From sequence record OR538032.1: 64,000 nt of DNA; one strand, 5' to 3'. The notes beneath the pieces were generated by a model that saw only the letters and a program-made list of their open reading frames with translations, was not told the DNA's origin and did not search any database. The stretch's first letter is position 1. The number at the start of each line of letters is the position of its first letter. The position numbers and the translations under genes were made by a program. Shown piece by piece: positions 53,041 through 62,005 of the stretch.

Positions 53041-54038
53041 AAGCCCCAGAGTTCTTTCCAATGTGTTTTAGCATCTTGTCGATACTTCTCAATGTCAAAT
53101 TTTTGATATTTCTGTTCGATTGCATCATCAATGACGCGAATCAACGTATCATTGTTTATATCAGCACGAATCACTGGGAAAATAAAATCCCTTGTGTAAG
53201 GTGCGTCATGCTGAACAATACAAGGTATGTACTGACATGCTTCTAATAACGCATATGGCATAATCTCGATTCTAGACATATGAAGCAAAACTTTACTTTT
53301 CATCATATGTGCCATGACTCGCTCACGCCGTTGACAAGTTTCGACTATACAATCAACCCCACTCGGGATTCTTATTGGTTCGGTTGTGAATAGACGAATT
53401 TTAAGACCGCTGTATGCAAGCGCGTTTAGCATTTCGGGTATCTGCTTACGTTTGTATGCACCTGACACGATAATCACGTCAGACGCTTCAGCAGCGTCAA
53501 TATCAGCTTGTGATATAGACGGAAGCTCAAATGGTTCAAATGCAGTCACATGTTTGCCACCAATTACTTCTCGACCCCATTGTGCAATCCCGTTCGATTG
53601 AGCAATGTTAGTGACTAATGACGTTGACATCATGTGTCGCCATTGAGGTAAGTTGTAAATTTGATGAATGTCCATGTATTCGCGATATGAATCTGGTACT
53701 ATCAAGTCACCGAAATGATGTTGGTTGTAACAACGGCGCTTCGCTTCGATACATGCGCGGAGTGCTTCATATGAATGCGTGTAGATAATCGCTTCGCTAT
53801 CAATCGCGTTGATAACCATTGCGTTTGCCTTGTAGTCTTTATAAGACCGTTTCGTTAAAATGAAGTCACACCCGAAATCCCATTTGCTCACGTGTGGACA
53901 CGATTCGTCTCCGAGTACAATAACTTTGACATCACAGTTTAGTGATTGCATTAAACGAACGTGATCTTGAATGAATGTGTAAATACCGCCGCCAATTCCC
54001 AACATAAAGTCAGTTACTACGTAGCGAACTTTTTTCAT
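53037..54038 (-). CDS. GT4-like glycosyltransferase
   Basis: GIGGGIYTF acceptor loop; E-x7-E motif EIMPYALLEA followed by IPCI; RBS AGGAG. Confidence 0.7.
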   Translation of the reverse strand: MKKVRYVVTDFMLGIGGGIYTFIQDHVRLMQSLNCDVKVIVLGDESCPHVSKWDFGCDFILTKRSYKDYKANAMVINAIDSEAIIYTHSYEALRACIEAKRRCYNQHHFGDLIVPDSYREYMDIHQIYNLPQWRHMMSTSLVTNIAQSNGIAQWGREVIGGKHVTAFEPFELPSISQADIDAAEASDVIIVSGAYKRKQIPEMLNALAYSGLKIRLFTTEPIRIPSGVDCIVETCQRRERVMAHMMKSKVLLHMSRIEIMPYALLEACQYIPCIVQHDAPYTRDFIFPVIRADINNDTLIRVIDDAIEQKYQKFDIEKYRQDAKTHWKELWGL

Positions 54039-54039
54039 A

Positions 54040-54107
54040 AAAAGTGTTGACTCCTACTGTGTTTGTCTGTAGACTAATTGTATCTCAAGCAGACTGGGAA
54101 TTAAACA
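54040..54107 (+). promoter_or_regulatory. Promoter whose -35 overlaps the RBS of the opposite-strand GT gene
   Basis: TTGACT-17-TAGACT; complement reads AGGAGTCAA. Confidence 0.65.
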
Positions 54108-54314
54108 ATGCGACTATTATCTCAAGACCTAGTTCGCTTACGTGTAGAAGAGCTACCGTTCGTGAATTTAAGTGTTGAAACGCAGATCAAAATATGCGAT
54201 TATCTCAACACGCTCGACGATGAGACTATTTACTCGCTTGAGAAGCATACTGAGACACCGCAAGGTGCAAGAAAACTATTAAACTTTTTATTAAAGAAGA
54301 TTGGAGACACATAA
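54108..54314 (+). CDS. Hypothetical protein
   Basis: First gene after promoter. Confidence 0.65.
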   Translation: MRLLSQDLVRLRVEELPFVNLSVETQIKICDYLNTLDDETIYSLEKHTETPQGARKLLNFLLKKIGDT

Positions 54315-54315
54315 T

Positions 54316-54792
54316 ATGGCATATGAATCAGTTTTTAACGGTACAAACCGTTACAAAGTTCTACGTGAAGGTCGTGAATACATCAACAAAGTTGCACATC
54401 GTCATGGCGCAGTTGACAAAGGTATTTACGTCACTATGGACTATCACGTGATTGATCGCATCATGGATCATTCGTTCCCTGCACGTGTATTTGAAATCAT
54501 CGTTGGTCGATTGATCAAAAATCACCAAGACGAGATTTTGAAAATCGCGAATATGCCAGCAGAAGAACGACCGAAGCACATCAATGTGTACGGCAACAAG
54601 CCAGATTCACCGTACATGGTTGGCATTACAATCAACAAAGCGCAAACAGGTAAAGTTTATGTGAACTTGAGAACGTGCTATAAAGAACGCAACAGCAAAT
54701 ACCGTCAACGCATCATCGAAGCATACAAGATTCGTGTAAAATCTTCTTCAGAACTTGAAGGCGCAGAAAGTGAGGTTGATTCAGATCAATAA
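54316..54792 (+). CDS. regB: Probable RegB-like endoribonuclease
   Basis: YHVIDRIMD...KNHQDEILKIANMP...VGIT...LRTC resembles T4 RegB as I recall it; not aligned by tool. Confidence 0.45.
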   Translation: MAYESVFNGTNRYKVLREGREYINKVAHRHGAVDKGIYVTMDYHVIDRIMDHSFPARVFEIIVGRLIKNHQDEILKIANMPAEERPKHINVYGNKPDSPYMVGITINKAQTGKVYVNLRTCYKERNSKYRQRIIEAYKIRVKSSSELEGAESEVDSDQ

Positions 54793-54824
54793 ATAGAAAA
54801 CAATTAACAAACGAGGGAATTTTG

Positions 54825-57050
54825 ATGCTTGTAGTGAAGTCTTCTGGCATTACAGAAGAATTTGAAGAAAGTAAATTGATGCGCGTACTTGGTGACGCAT
54901 GTAAGAATACGACAATTGATCCACATCAATTACTTGCCCGCGTGAAAGCTCAACTTAGCGACGGGATGACGAGCAAAGACATTCAAAAGGCAGCGATCAA
55001 AATCGCTGCCGATAGCATTTCAGTAGAAGAGCCAGATTATCAATACGTCGCGGCTCGACTGGCTATGTATGGTCTTCGCAAAGATGTATATGGTCAATTC
55101 GACCCTATTCCATTCAAACAACTCATTGAAAGAAACACTGCAATCGAAGTTTACGATTCCGAGATTCTTGAAAAATGGTCAGACTCAGAGCTAGAATACC
55201 TGGAATCTCAAGTCAAGCATGAGCGCGACTTTGATTTTGCGTATGCAGGTGTAATGCAATTCAAAGAAAAATACTTGTGCAAAAACCGTGGTACTGGTGC
55301 GATTTACGAAACACCGCAATATGCTTACATGCTCATTGCTATGTGTTTGCACCAAGAAGAGAAATACGACCGATTAAAGCACGTTATTGACTTTTATAAC
55401 GCTGTTTCAACTCAAAAACTTTCGCTACCTACACCGATTATGGCAGGCGTTCGTACCCCGACACGTCAATTTAGCTCGTGTGTGAAAATCGAATCTGGCG
55501 ACTCGCTGCGTTCGATCAACAAGGTATCTGAAGCTATCGTTGATTACATTAGTAAACGTGCGGGTATTGGCGTAAACGGTGGTGCAATTCGAGCAGAGGG
55601 TTCGGTTGTACGTGCGGGTGAAATTCGTCACACTGGCGTAATTCCTTTCTGGAAACACTTTCAGACTGCGGTTAAATCGTGTTCTCAAGGTGGTGTACGT
55701 GGCGGTGCTGCGACTCTGACTTACCCGATCTGGCACTTAGAAGTAGAAAAGCTTCTTGTTCTGAAGAACAACAAAGGTGTTGAAGAGAACCGTATTCGTC
55801 ATCTTGACTACAGCGTATCAATTAACCGATTGATGATGCAACGCCTGGTTAATAACGAGTACATCACGCTATTCAGCCCCGATGAGCGTCACGGTGCGCT
55901 TTACGGTGAGTATCACACAAACCCAGAAGAGTTTGAGCGTCTTTACCTAGAGCTTGAAGCTGATCCGAAAGTGCGCAAGAAACGCATCAAGGCAACTGAA
56001 CTATTCAGTATCTTTGGTCAAGAGCGTTCAAGTACGGGTCGTATCTACCCGATCTTCGTAGATAACTTGAATGCACAGTCACCGTACATCGAAGCAATCA
56101 AGCAATCTAACTTGTGTATGGAAATCGCGCTACCGACGTACCCGCTTGGTACTTCATATGAAGAAATCGCACTTTGTACGCTTGCTGCTTACAACTTAGG
56201 TGCAATCGAATCGCCGAGTGAATTTGCTCGACTGGCGCCAATCGTTATTCGTGCGCTTGATAATCTACTAGATTACCAAGATTATCCAGTAGAAGCCGCT
56301 GAAAAAGCAAAATATCGTCGCGCATTGGGTATCGGTATCACTAACTTTGCATATTTCTTGGCAAAGAACTTCGTTGGATACGACTCATCAGCTAAGTATC
56401 TCGTGCATGAATGGATGGAAGCAATGTCTTACTACAACATTCAAGCATCAATGATGTTAGCAAAAGAGCGTGGCGCGAACAAATGGCATCGTAAGACGCG
56501 CTGGGCTAAAGGTCAGTTGCCAATTGACTGGTACAATAAAAATGTTGATAAGCTTGTCAAGCCGAATTATAATCTAGACTGGGAAGCACTTCGCGCTGAC
56601 GTAATTCGTTACGGTATGCGAAATGACACCACTTCAGCTTTCATGCCATGTGAAAGTAGTTCTCAGATTAGCAACAGCACGAACGGTATTGAGCCACCAC
56701 GTGGTCTAGTATCGACTAAGCAATCAAAAGATGGCGTTTTCAACCAAGTTGTGCCTGAAGTTGACTTGCTGAAAGATGAATACGGACTTGCGTGGAAAGT
56801 TTGCGAAAAAGATAACTTTGGTTATCTGACGCTAGTTGCAATCATGCAGAAGTTTGTTGATCAAAGCATTTCAGCGAACCAATATTACGATCCTTCTAAA
56901 TTCCCAAATGGGAAGATTCCGATGGAACGTATTTTTGAAGAACTAGCGTTCTGTAGCCATTACGGTATCAAGACTCTTTATTATTCTAACACTCGTGACG
57001 GTGCTGACGGCACTGAAGACGGGGAAGACTGTGACGGTTGCAAAGTTTAA
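54825..57050 (+). CDS. nrdA: Class Ia ribonucleotide reductase alpha subunit
   Basis: ATP cone, PTPIM, FSSC, QGGVRGG, QSNLCMEI, MPCESSS, TLYY, C-terminal CDGC. Confidence 0.96.
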   Translation: MLVVKSSGITEEFEESKLMRVLGDACKNTTIDPHQLLARVKAQLSDGMTSKDIQKAAIKIAADSISVEEPDYQYVAARLAMYGLRKDVYGQFDPIPFKQLIERNTAIEVYDSEILEKWSDSELEYLESQVKHERDFDFAYAGVMQFKEKYLCKNRGTGAIYETPQYAYMLIAMCLHQEEKYDRLKHVIDFYNAVSTQKLSLPTPIMAGVRTPTRQFSSCVKIESGDSLRSINKVSEAIVDYISKRAGIGVNGGAIRAEGSVVRAGEIRHTGVIPFWKHFQTAVKSCSQGGVRGGAATLTYPIWHLEVEKLLVLKNNKGVEENRIRHLDYSVSINRLMMQRLVNNEYITLFSPDERHGALYGEYHTNPEEFERLYLELEADPKVRKKRIKATELFSIFGQERSSTGRIYPIFVDNLNAQSPYIEAIKQSNLCMEIALPTYPLGTSYEEIALCTLAAYNLGAIESPSEFARLAPIVIRALDNLLDYQDYPVEAAEKAKYRRALGIGITNFAYFLAKNFVGYDSSAKYLVHEWMEAMSYYNIQASMMLAKERGANKWHRKTRWAKGQLPIDWYNKNVDKLVKPNYNLDWEALRADVIRYGMRNDTTSAFMPCESSSQISNSTNGIEPPRGLVSTKQSKDGVFNQVVPEVDLLKDEYGLAWKVCEKDNFGYLTLVAIMQKFVDQSISANQYYDPSKFPNGKIPMERIFEELAFCSHYGIKTLYYSNTRDGADGTEDGEDCDGCKV

Positions 57051-57059
57051 GGTAGATAC

Positions 57060-58184
57060 ATGTCTAAGACGATTTTCAATAAAAATAAGGTTGACCATCT
57101 TGGTCAACCTCTTTTCTTGGGCGAAGACCCAAACATTTCACGATTCGAAACGGTAAAACACGGCGTATTCGAACAGCTTACTGAAAAACAACTTTCATTC
57201 TTCTGGCGTCCAGAAGAAGTCGATTTGACTCTTGACTCTCAAGAATTTGATCGAATGCCTGAACACTGGAAACACGTGTTCACGCAAAATCTGAAGTATC
57301 AATCACTGCTAGACTCAGTGCAGGGTCGTGCGCCTAATATCGCGTTCTTGCCTATCTGTAGTGACAACTCGCTTGAAAACTGGATCACTACGTGGGACTT
57401 CAGTGAAACTATTCACAGTCGCTCTTACACGCACATCATGCGTAACTTGTATTCAAACCCGAGTGCGGTGTTTGACGAAATTGTTCTTGACAAGTCAATC
57501 ATGGCACGTGCTGAAGCAGTTACCGAGCATTATGACAAGCTAATTGCCGAAACGCAAAAGCTAAATCAGCTCAAAACTATGAATCTAGATGAAGCTCACA
57601 TTCTTATGCAAGAGAGTGCAGTGAAAGAAGCTCTTTATCTGTGTATGCACGCAGTAAATGCTCTTGAAGCTATTCGATTCTACGTTTCATTCGCGTGTAC
57701 GTTCAACTTTGCCGAGCAAGGCATTATGGAAGGTAACGCTAAAGTAATGAAGCTGATTGCTCGTGATGAACAGCTTCACTTGAAAGGTACACAAGCGTTA
57801 ATCAGCATCTGGCAGAACTACAAAGACGACCCAGAAATGGCAGAAATTTCGCTTCGCCTTCAACCAGAAGCCGAAAAGATTTTCATGCAAGTCGTTGATC
57901 AAGAGAAAGAATGGGCACATTCTCTGTTCTCACAAGGTACAGTTCCAGGTCTAAACGCTCAAATTCTTTGTGAATATGTTGAATATCTTGCAGATAGTCG
58001 TATGCGTTCAGTTGGTTTGAATAGTCCGTACCCTCGACGTAAACACCCACTTCCATGGATTCGTAAGTGGCTAAATAGTGATTCAGTACAAGTGGCAGCG
58101 CAAGAAGCTGAACTTAGTTCGTACCTTGTTGGTCAGATTGATTCGACAGTACGCCCTGAATTCCTAAAAACGTTAGAGGTGTAA
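57060..58184 (+). CDS. nrdB: Class Ia ribonucleotide reductase beta subunit
   Basis: FWRPEE, DSVQG, ETIHSRSY, EAIRFYVSF, RDEQLH. Confidence 0.96.
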   Translation: MSKTIFNKNKVDHLGQPLFLGEDPNISRFETVKHGVFEQLTEKQLSFFWRPEEVDLTLDSQEFDRMPEHWKHVFTQNLKYQSLLDSVQGRAPNIAFLPICSDNSLENWITTWDFSETIHSRSYTHIMRNLYSNPSAVFDEIVLDKSIMARAEAVTEHYDKLIAETQKLNQLKTMNLDEAHILMQESAVKEALYLCMHAVNALEAIRFYVSFACTFNFAEQGIMEGNAKVMKLIARDEQLHLKGTQALISIWQNYKDDPEMAEISLRLQPEAEKIFMQVVDQEKEWAHSLFSQGTVPGLNAQILCEYVEYLADSRMRSVGLNSPYPRRKHPLPWIRKWLNSDSVQVAAQEAELSSYLVGQIDSTVRPEFLKTLEV

Positions 58185-58185
58185 T

Positions 58186-58485
58186 TTGGTAGAAATATTT
58201 GGTTGGGACGAAAGCGATTTTCGCTGCGTTCCTTGCTTGAAAGCAAAACGACTAGCTGAAACACGCGGCATGATCTTTGACTTCATCCCGCTTGCAAAAG
58301 AAAAGGTAACAGACGCACACAAACACAATCGAGAAGAACTAGAAAGGCGAATGCATGAAATGGGTAAAGAGCTAAAGACTCTCCCTCAAGTGTTCTTCGA
58401 CGGTGTTCATGTGGGTGGTTTTGACGACTTCAAGGCTAAGATACATTCCATTGAAGAAGCTCGTTGGGATGCACGCATCAAATAA
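58186..58485 (+). CDS. nrdC: Glutaredoxin/thioredoxin (T4 NrdC-like), TTG start
   Basis: CVPC, TLPQVF, HVGGFDD. Confidence 0.85.
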   Translation: MVEIFGWDESDFRCVPCLKAKRLAETRGMIFDFIPLAKEKVTDAHKHNREELERRMHEMGKELKTLPQVFFDGVHVGGFDDFKAKIHSIEEARWDARIK

Positions 58486-58489
58486 TTAA

Positions 58490-58559
58490 AGAAAAGGGTT
58501 GACACATGTCAGCCCTTTTTTGTATGCTTCGTTTGCTAAATCGACAAAGAGTGAGAAAT
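58490..58559 (+). promoter_or_regulatory. Fused terminator / promoter
   Basis: AAAAGGGTTGAC-ACAT-GTCAGCCCTTTT; TATGCT at 58523. Confidence 0.75.
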
Positions 58560-59132
58560 ATGAAAAAGCTAATGACACTGCTTCTAGCAGTTTGCGCGTT
58601 CAATGCATCTGCAAGCAATGTATGTCACGTCAAGTTCAACGGTCAAGAACTATCCGAGAAGCAATGGCACAATGTTCGTGCTGTGTTCATCAACGGCTGG
58701 TACAATGACTTGAGTTGGTCACTTGCTGCTATCGCTATTGTCGAATCTAGTGCTGGTGAGCAAATGATTAACAATCGAACGAAAGATTATGGTTTGATGC
58801 AAAACAACATCAAAACTGCGACTGCTCGATTGAAACGATGGGAGAAAGCGGGTCGAGACTTCGGTCCCTATGATCTCAACAATCCAGAAGATGTAAAAAC
58901 AATATTGCTTACTGACCGTACGGTTTCAGTTCAGCTTGCAATTGAAGAGCTTGAATACTGGAAGAAGATACGCGGTAAAAACAACTGGCGTGAAATCTAT
59001 GCGAGTTACAATGGGGGTTTTTACAAAGATAAAACATGGGAAGCGCGTGCTGAAAAGTACTCTGAAAAAATCGTAATGACTATGCGCAAACTAAAACCTT
59101 GCAAAGAGCAACTATTGAGAGGGTTATACTAA
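58560..59132 (+). CDS. Secreted lytic transglycosylase / lysozyme-fold protein (T4 Vs.1-like)
   Basis: Signal peptide; AIAIVESS, YGLMQ, ASYNGG. Confidence 0.75.
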   Translation: MKKLMTLLLAVCAFNASASNVCHVKFNGQELSEKQWHNVRAVFINGWYNDLSWSLAAIAIVESSAGEQMINNRTKDYGLMQNNIKTATARLKRWEKAGRDFGPYDLNNPEDVKTILLTDRTVSVQLAIEELEYWKKIRGKNNWREIYASYNGGFYKDKTWEARAEKYSEKIVMTMRKLKPCKEQLLRGLY

Positions 59133-59317
59133 TGGGACAGATATTAATTTGGGCAACTGCGTGGGCGATTGTGATGAACAATCAGTGGATGTTGAAAATC
59201 TTTTGTGCGTTTGGTTGGCACACGTGGGAATATACGAAAGGCAGTAAGCGCGTATGTAAGCATTGCCAGAAGCGTCAAAGCCTAATTCGTGTCGGCAATG
59301 ACACTGAATGGAAATAA
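59132..59317 (+). CDS. Small membrane/Zn-ribbon protein
   Basis: TAATG coupling; CAFGWH...CKHC. Confidence 0.6.
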   Translation: MGQILIWATAWAIVMNNQWMLKIFCAFGWHTWEYTKGSKRVCKHCQKRQSLIRVGNDTEWK

Positions 59318-59332
59318 ATTAAAAAAAAAATG

Positions 59333-59418
59333 AAAAAAGTGGTTGCGTTGGTCTCAAAAATCATTAATATAGACGGTGTTGAAGAGAACAACGCAACTAA
59401 CTAAAGAGAGAACATTAT
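59333..59418 (+). promoter_or_regulatory. Early promoter and leader
   Basis: A-tract, GTGGTTGCG...TAATAT; GAGAGAACATTAT. Confidence 0.7.
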
Positions 59419-60423
59419 ATGCAAGCTATCATCACTAACGCACTTTACCGCAACACTGAAATCAACGGCACTTACACTCTAATCGAGAAAGTTTGGAATA
59501 GCTCAGACGCAGCACCAAAAAATGGTCGTATGAAAATCATGCTTGACGGTGCAGTACGTACTATTCGCGTTAATAAAGAAGACGTGCAATACGTTGATGA
59601 AGCTGACGCATCACAAACAGCAGTACCTGCACTTGCACCAGTAATTGAAGCTGAAACTGAAGAGCAAATCGCACAACGCATCACTGAAGCGTTTGAAGCA
59701 ATGGACATTTTCACAATCGGTGCTATCGCTGGTCACGTTAAATCACTAATTATCTCTGGTGCAGCAGGTGTTGGTAAGACGTTCACACTTGAGCGCGAAC
59801 TAAACAAAGCTCAAGATCGCGGTGACATTAACTTCAAGAAAGTTGCTGGTACATGTTCTGGTATCGGTCTGTTCACCAAGCTTTGGGAATGTCGCAACCC
59901 AGGTGATGTTCTTCTTCTAGATGACGTAGACGTTTTCAAAGACGAAGATCAGCTAAACCTTCTTAAAGCAGCACTAGACACTGGTGAAGAGCGTTGGGTT
60001 TCTTGGATGAAAGCAAGTTCTTACCTAGAAGAGCAAGGTATCGAGCAAGAATTCTTGTTTGAAGGTACAGTAATCTTTATCTCAAACAAAGACTTCGACC
60101 GTGAACTTGATGCAAACACAAAGTTATCACCGCACTTCAGCGCACTGATTTCACGTAGCATCTACCTTGATCTTGGTGTTCACACTAAAGAAGAAATCAT
60201 GGTTCGCATCAAGCAAGTTGTTACAGCAACTACAATGCTAGAAGACCTTGGTCTAAACGGCGAGCAGATTGCTGAAATGCTAGTGTGGATTGAAAAGCAC
60301 ATGCTTGAACTGCGTACACTATCACTACGCACGTGTTTACACATTGCAGACATGATGCTAACATCACCTACTAAATGGGAAATGCTTGCTAAGATGACTA
60401 TGCTATCTAAGAAGCGTAAATAA
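59419..60423 (+). CDS. AAA+ family ATPase
   Basis: Walker A GAAGVGKT, Walker B LLLDDVD, IFISN, ALISRS. Confidence 0.85.
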   Translation: MQAIITNALYRNTEINGTYTLIEKVWNSSDAAPKNGRMKIMLDGAVRTIRVNKEDVQYVDEADASQTAVPALAPVIEAETEEQIAQRITEAFEAMDIFTIGAIAGHVKSLIISGAAGVGKTFTLERELNKAQDRGDINFKKVAGTCSGIGLFTKLWECRNPGDVLLLDDVDVFKDEDQLNLLKAALDTGEERWVSWMKASSYLEEQGIEQEFLFEGTVIFISNKDFDRELDANTKLSPHFSALISRSIYLDLGVHTKEEIMVRIKQVVTATTMLEDLGLNGEQIAEMLVWIEKHMLELRTLSLRTCLHIADMMLTSPTKWEMLAKMTMLSKKRK

Positions 60424-60432
60424 ACTCTTTGA

Positions 60433-60454
60433 GGGGCTGAAAAGCCCCGTTTTT
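60433..60454 (+). terminator. Intrinsic terminator
   Basis: GGGGCT-GAAA-AGCCCC-GTTTTT. Confidence 0.75.
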
Positions 60455-60468
60455 CATATGAGGGATAT

Positions 60469-61755
60469 ATGCAACGTACACTATCAAGTATCGTTAATGA
60501 CGAAGCGTTAGAATACGCTATGTACACAATTGAAAACCGAGCACTAGCAAACGGGATTGATGGTCTTAAACCTGTTCAGCGATTTGTTCTGTACAACGTG
60601 ATTAAAGACGCTAGTACATCGTTTGACAAGGTCGCAGCGTTAGGTAGCTCAGTGTCAAAGATTGGTTACAATCATGGTGAGACTTCGGCACAAGACGCTC
60701 TAGCACTAATGGCAGCAGAATGGCAGAACAATGTCCCGATTGTACAAGGGCGCGGCAACTTCGGTTCTCGAATGGTTAAAGAGTCGGCTTCTGCTCGTTA
60801 CGTTTATGCAAAGCTGCATGACAATTTTGATCTGTACTTCAAAGACATTCACTTGTCGCCTGAACATAAAGATCTCGAACACGTGCCGCCACAGTTTTAT
60901 GTGCCTGTACTTCCGATGATTCTCATGAACGGTGTTCAAGGGATTGCGACGGGTTTCGCGTGTAACATTCTACCGCATGACCCTGAGTGGGTTAAGAAAG
61001 CTGTTCTTGAATATCTAGCGGGTAAAGAAATCAGCGAACCAGTTGTTAAGTTCCCTGAGTTTTACGGCAAGATTGAAAAGCTCGAACATAACAAATATGC
61101 TCAGATTGGTACAGTTGAAATTAGCGGTCTGACTGCGGTTGTTACTGAAATCCCGACAGGATTCGATCACGCGAAATACATCATTGAACTTGACAAACTC
61201 GTTGAGAAAGGTAAAATCAGTAGCTACGTAGACGAGACTAGCGAAACGTTTCAGTTTCGTGTGCGATTCAAACGTGGCGCGAAGATGACTGAAGAATCTG
61301 TAATCAAGACTCTGAAGCTGCAAAGCACTTTCACGCAGAACATCAACGTCATCGACGAGAACTATCAAATTCGTCATTTTGACGACGTGAGAGAGCTTGT
61401 GAAGTGGTTTGTTGATTTTCGCATGTCGTTCTTACCTAAACGCATTCAAGACTCGACAGAGCGCACAGAGAAGCGTGCTTCACTAGCAATTGCAAAAGTT
61501 GAGTTTATCAAACGTGTTGTTTCGGGTACAATTATATTATTCGGTAAGAAGCGTGCTGAAGTAGCAGCAGAACTTAAAGCCGATGAAGCATTTTCTGAGC
61601 ATGTTACAGAGCTTCTAAATATGTCGGTCGACAAAATGACTGACGATGAGATTGCTCGTCTTGAGAAAGATGCCGCAGTAGCTCAGAAAGAACTTTCCTA
61701 CTGGCAGAAAACAACTGCACAGAAAGAGTTTATCAAAGACATCAAGGCAATATAA
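60469..61755 (+). CDS. 52: DNA topoisomerase II medium subunit (T4 gp52 / GyrA-like)
   Basis: DGLKPVQR, YNHGE, GNFGSR, ASARY (catalytic Tyr), GIATGF. Confidence 0.93.
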   Translation: MQRTLSSIVNDEALEYAMYTIENRALANGIDGLKPVQRFVLYNVIKDASTSFDKVAALGSSVSKIGYNHGETSAQDALALMAAEWQNNVPIVQGRGNFGSRMVKESASARYVYAKLHDNFDLYFKDIHLSPEHKDLEHVPPQFYVPVLPMILMNGVQGIATGFACNILPHDPEWVKKAVLEYLAGKEISEPVVKFPEFYGKIEKLEHNKYAQIGTVEISGLTAVVTEIPTGFDHAKYIIELDKLVEKGKISSYVDETSETFQFRVRFKRGAKMTEESVIKTLKLQSTFTQNINVIDENYQIRHFDDVRELVKWFVDFRMSFLPKRIQDSTERTEKRASLAIAKVEFIKRVVSGTIILFGKKRAEVAAELKADEAFSEHVTELLNMSVDKMTDDEIARLEKDAAVAQKELSYWQKTTAQKEFIKDIKAI

Positions 61756-61997
61756 TGAACATAATCGTCGAAAACGGCAACATTTTGCCGACTGATCAAG
61801 CGACGTTATTTGCTGACGAAGAAGTATTGAGAGTGCCTGGCACTTTCAATCTTACTGACTTGGTTTGTCATCTTGGTCTTTACAAATCAAAATCACAAGC
61901 CAGACAAGCGAATCGTGTCGGTGAAATCCCGACTGGTTACACTGAATTCAAAGGCAATAAGAAAACGCCTTTGTACGTCTGGAATCCAACAGAGTAA
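61755..61997 (+). CDS. Small protein, S4-like fragment
   Basis: LVCHLGLYKSKSQARQ resembles S4 RNA-binding helix-turn-helix. Confidence 0.55.
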   Translation: MNIIVENGNILPTDQATLFADEEVLRVPGTFNLTDLVCHLGLYKSKSQARQANRVGEIPTGYTEFKGNKKTPLYVWNPTE

Positions 61998-62005
61998 GGT
62001 AAATT

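Noticed and set aside
54825-58184. Group I intron, intein or homing endonuclease in nrdA/nrdB
   Set aside because: Both ORFs are uninterrupted and of normal length (about 741 and 374 aa), with a 9-bp gap between them.
58560-59132. Main lysis cassette (endolysin with holin and spanins)
   Set aside because: It has a cleavable-type signal peptide and sits after nrdC like T4 vs.1, with no adjacent holin or spanin pair; its lysis role is unsupported.
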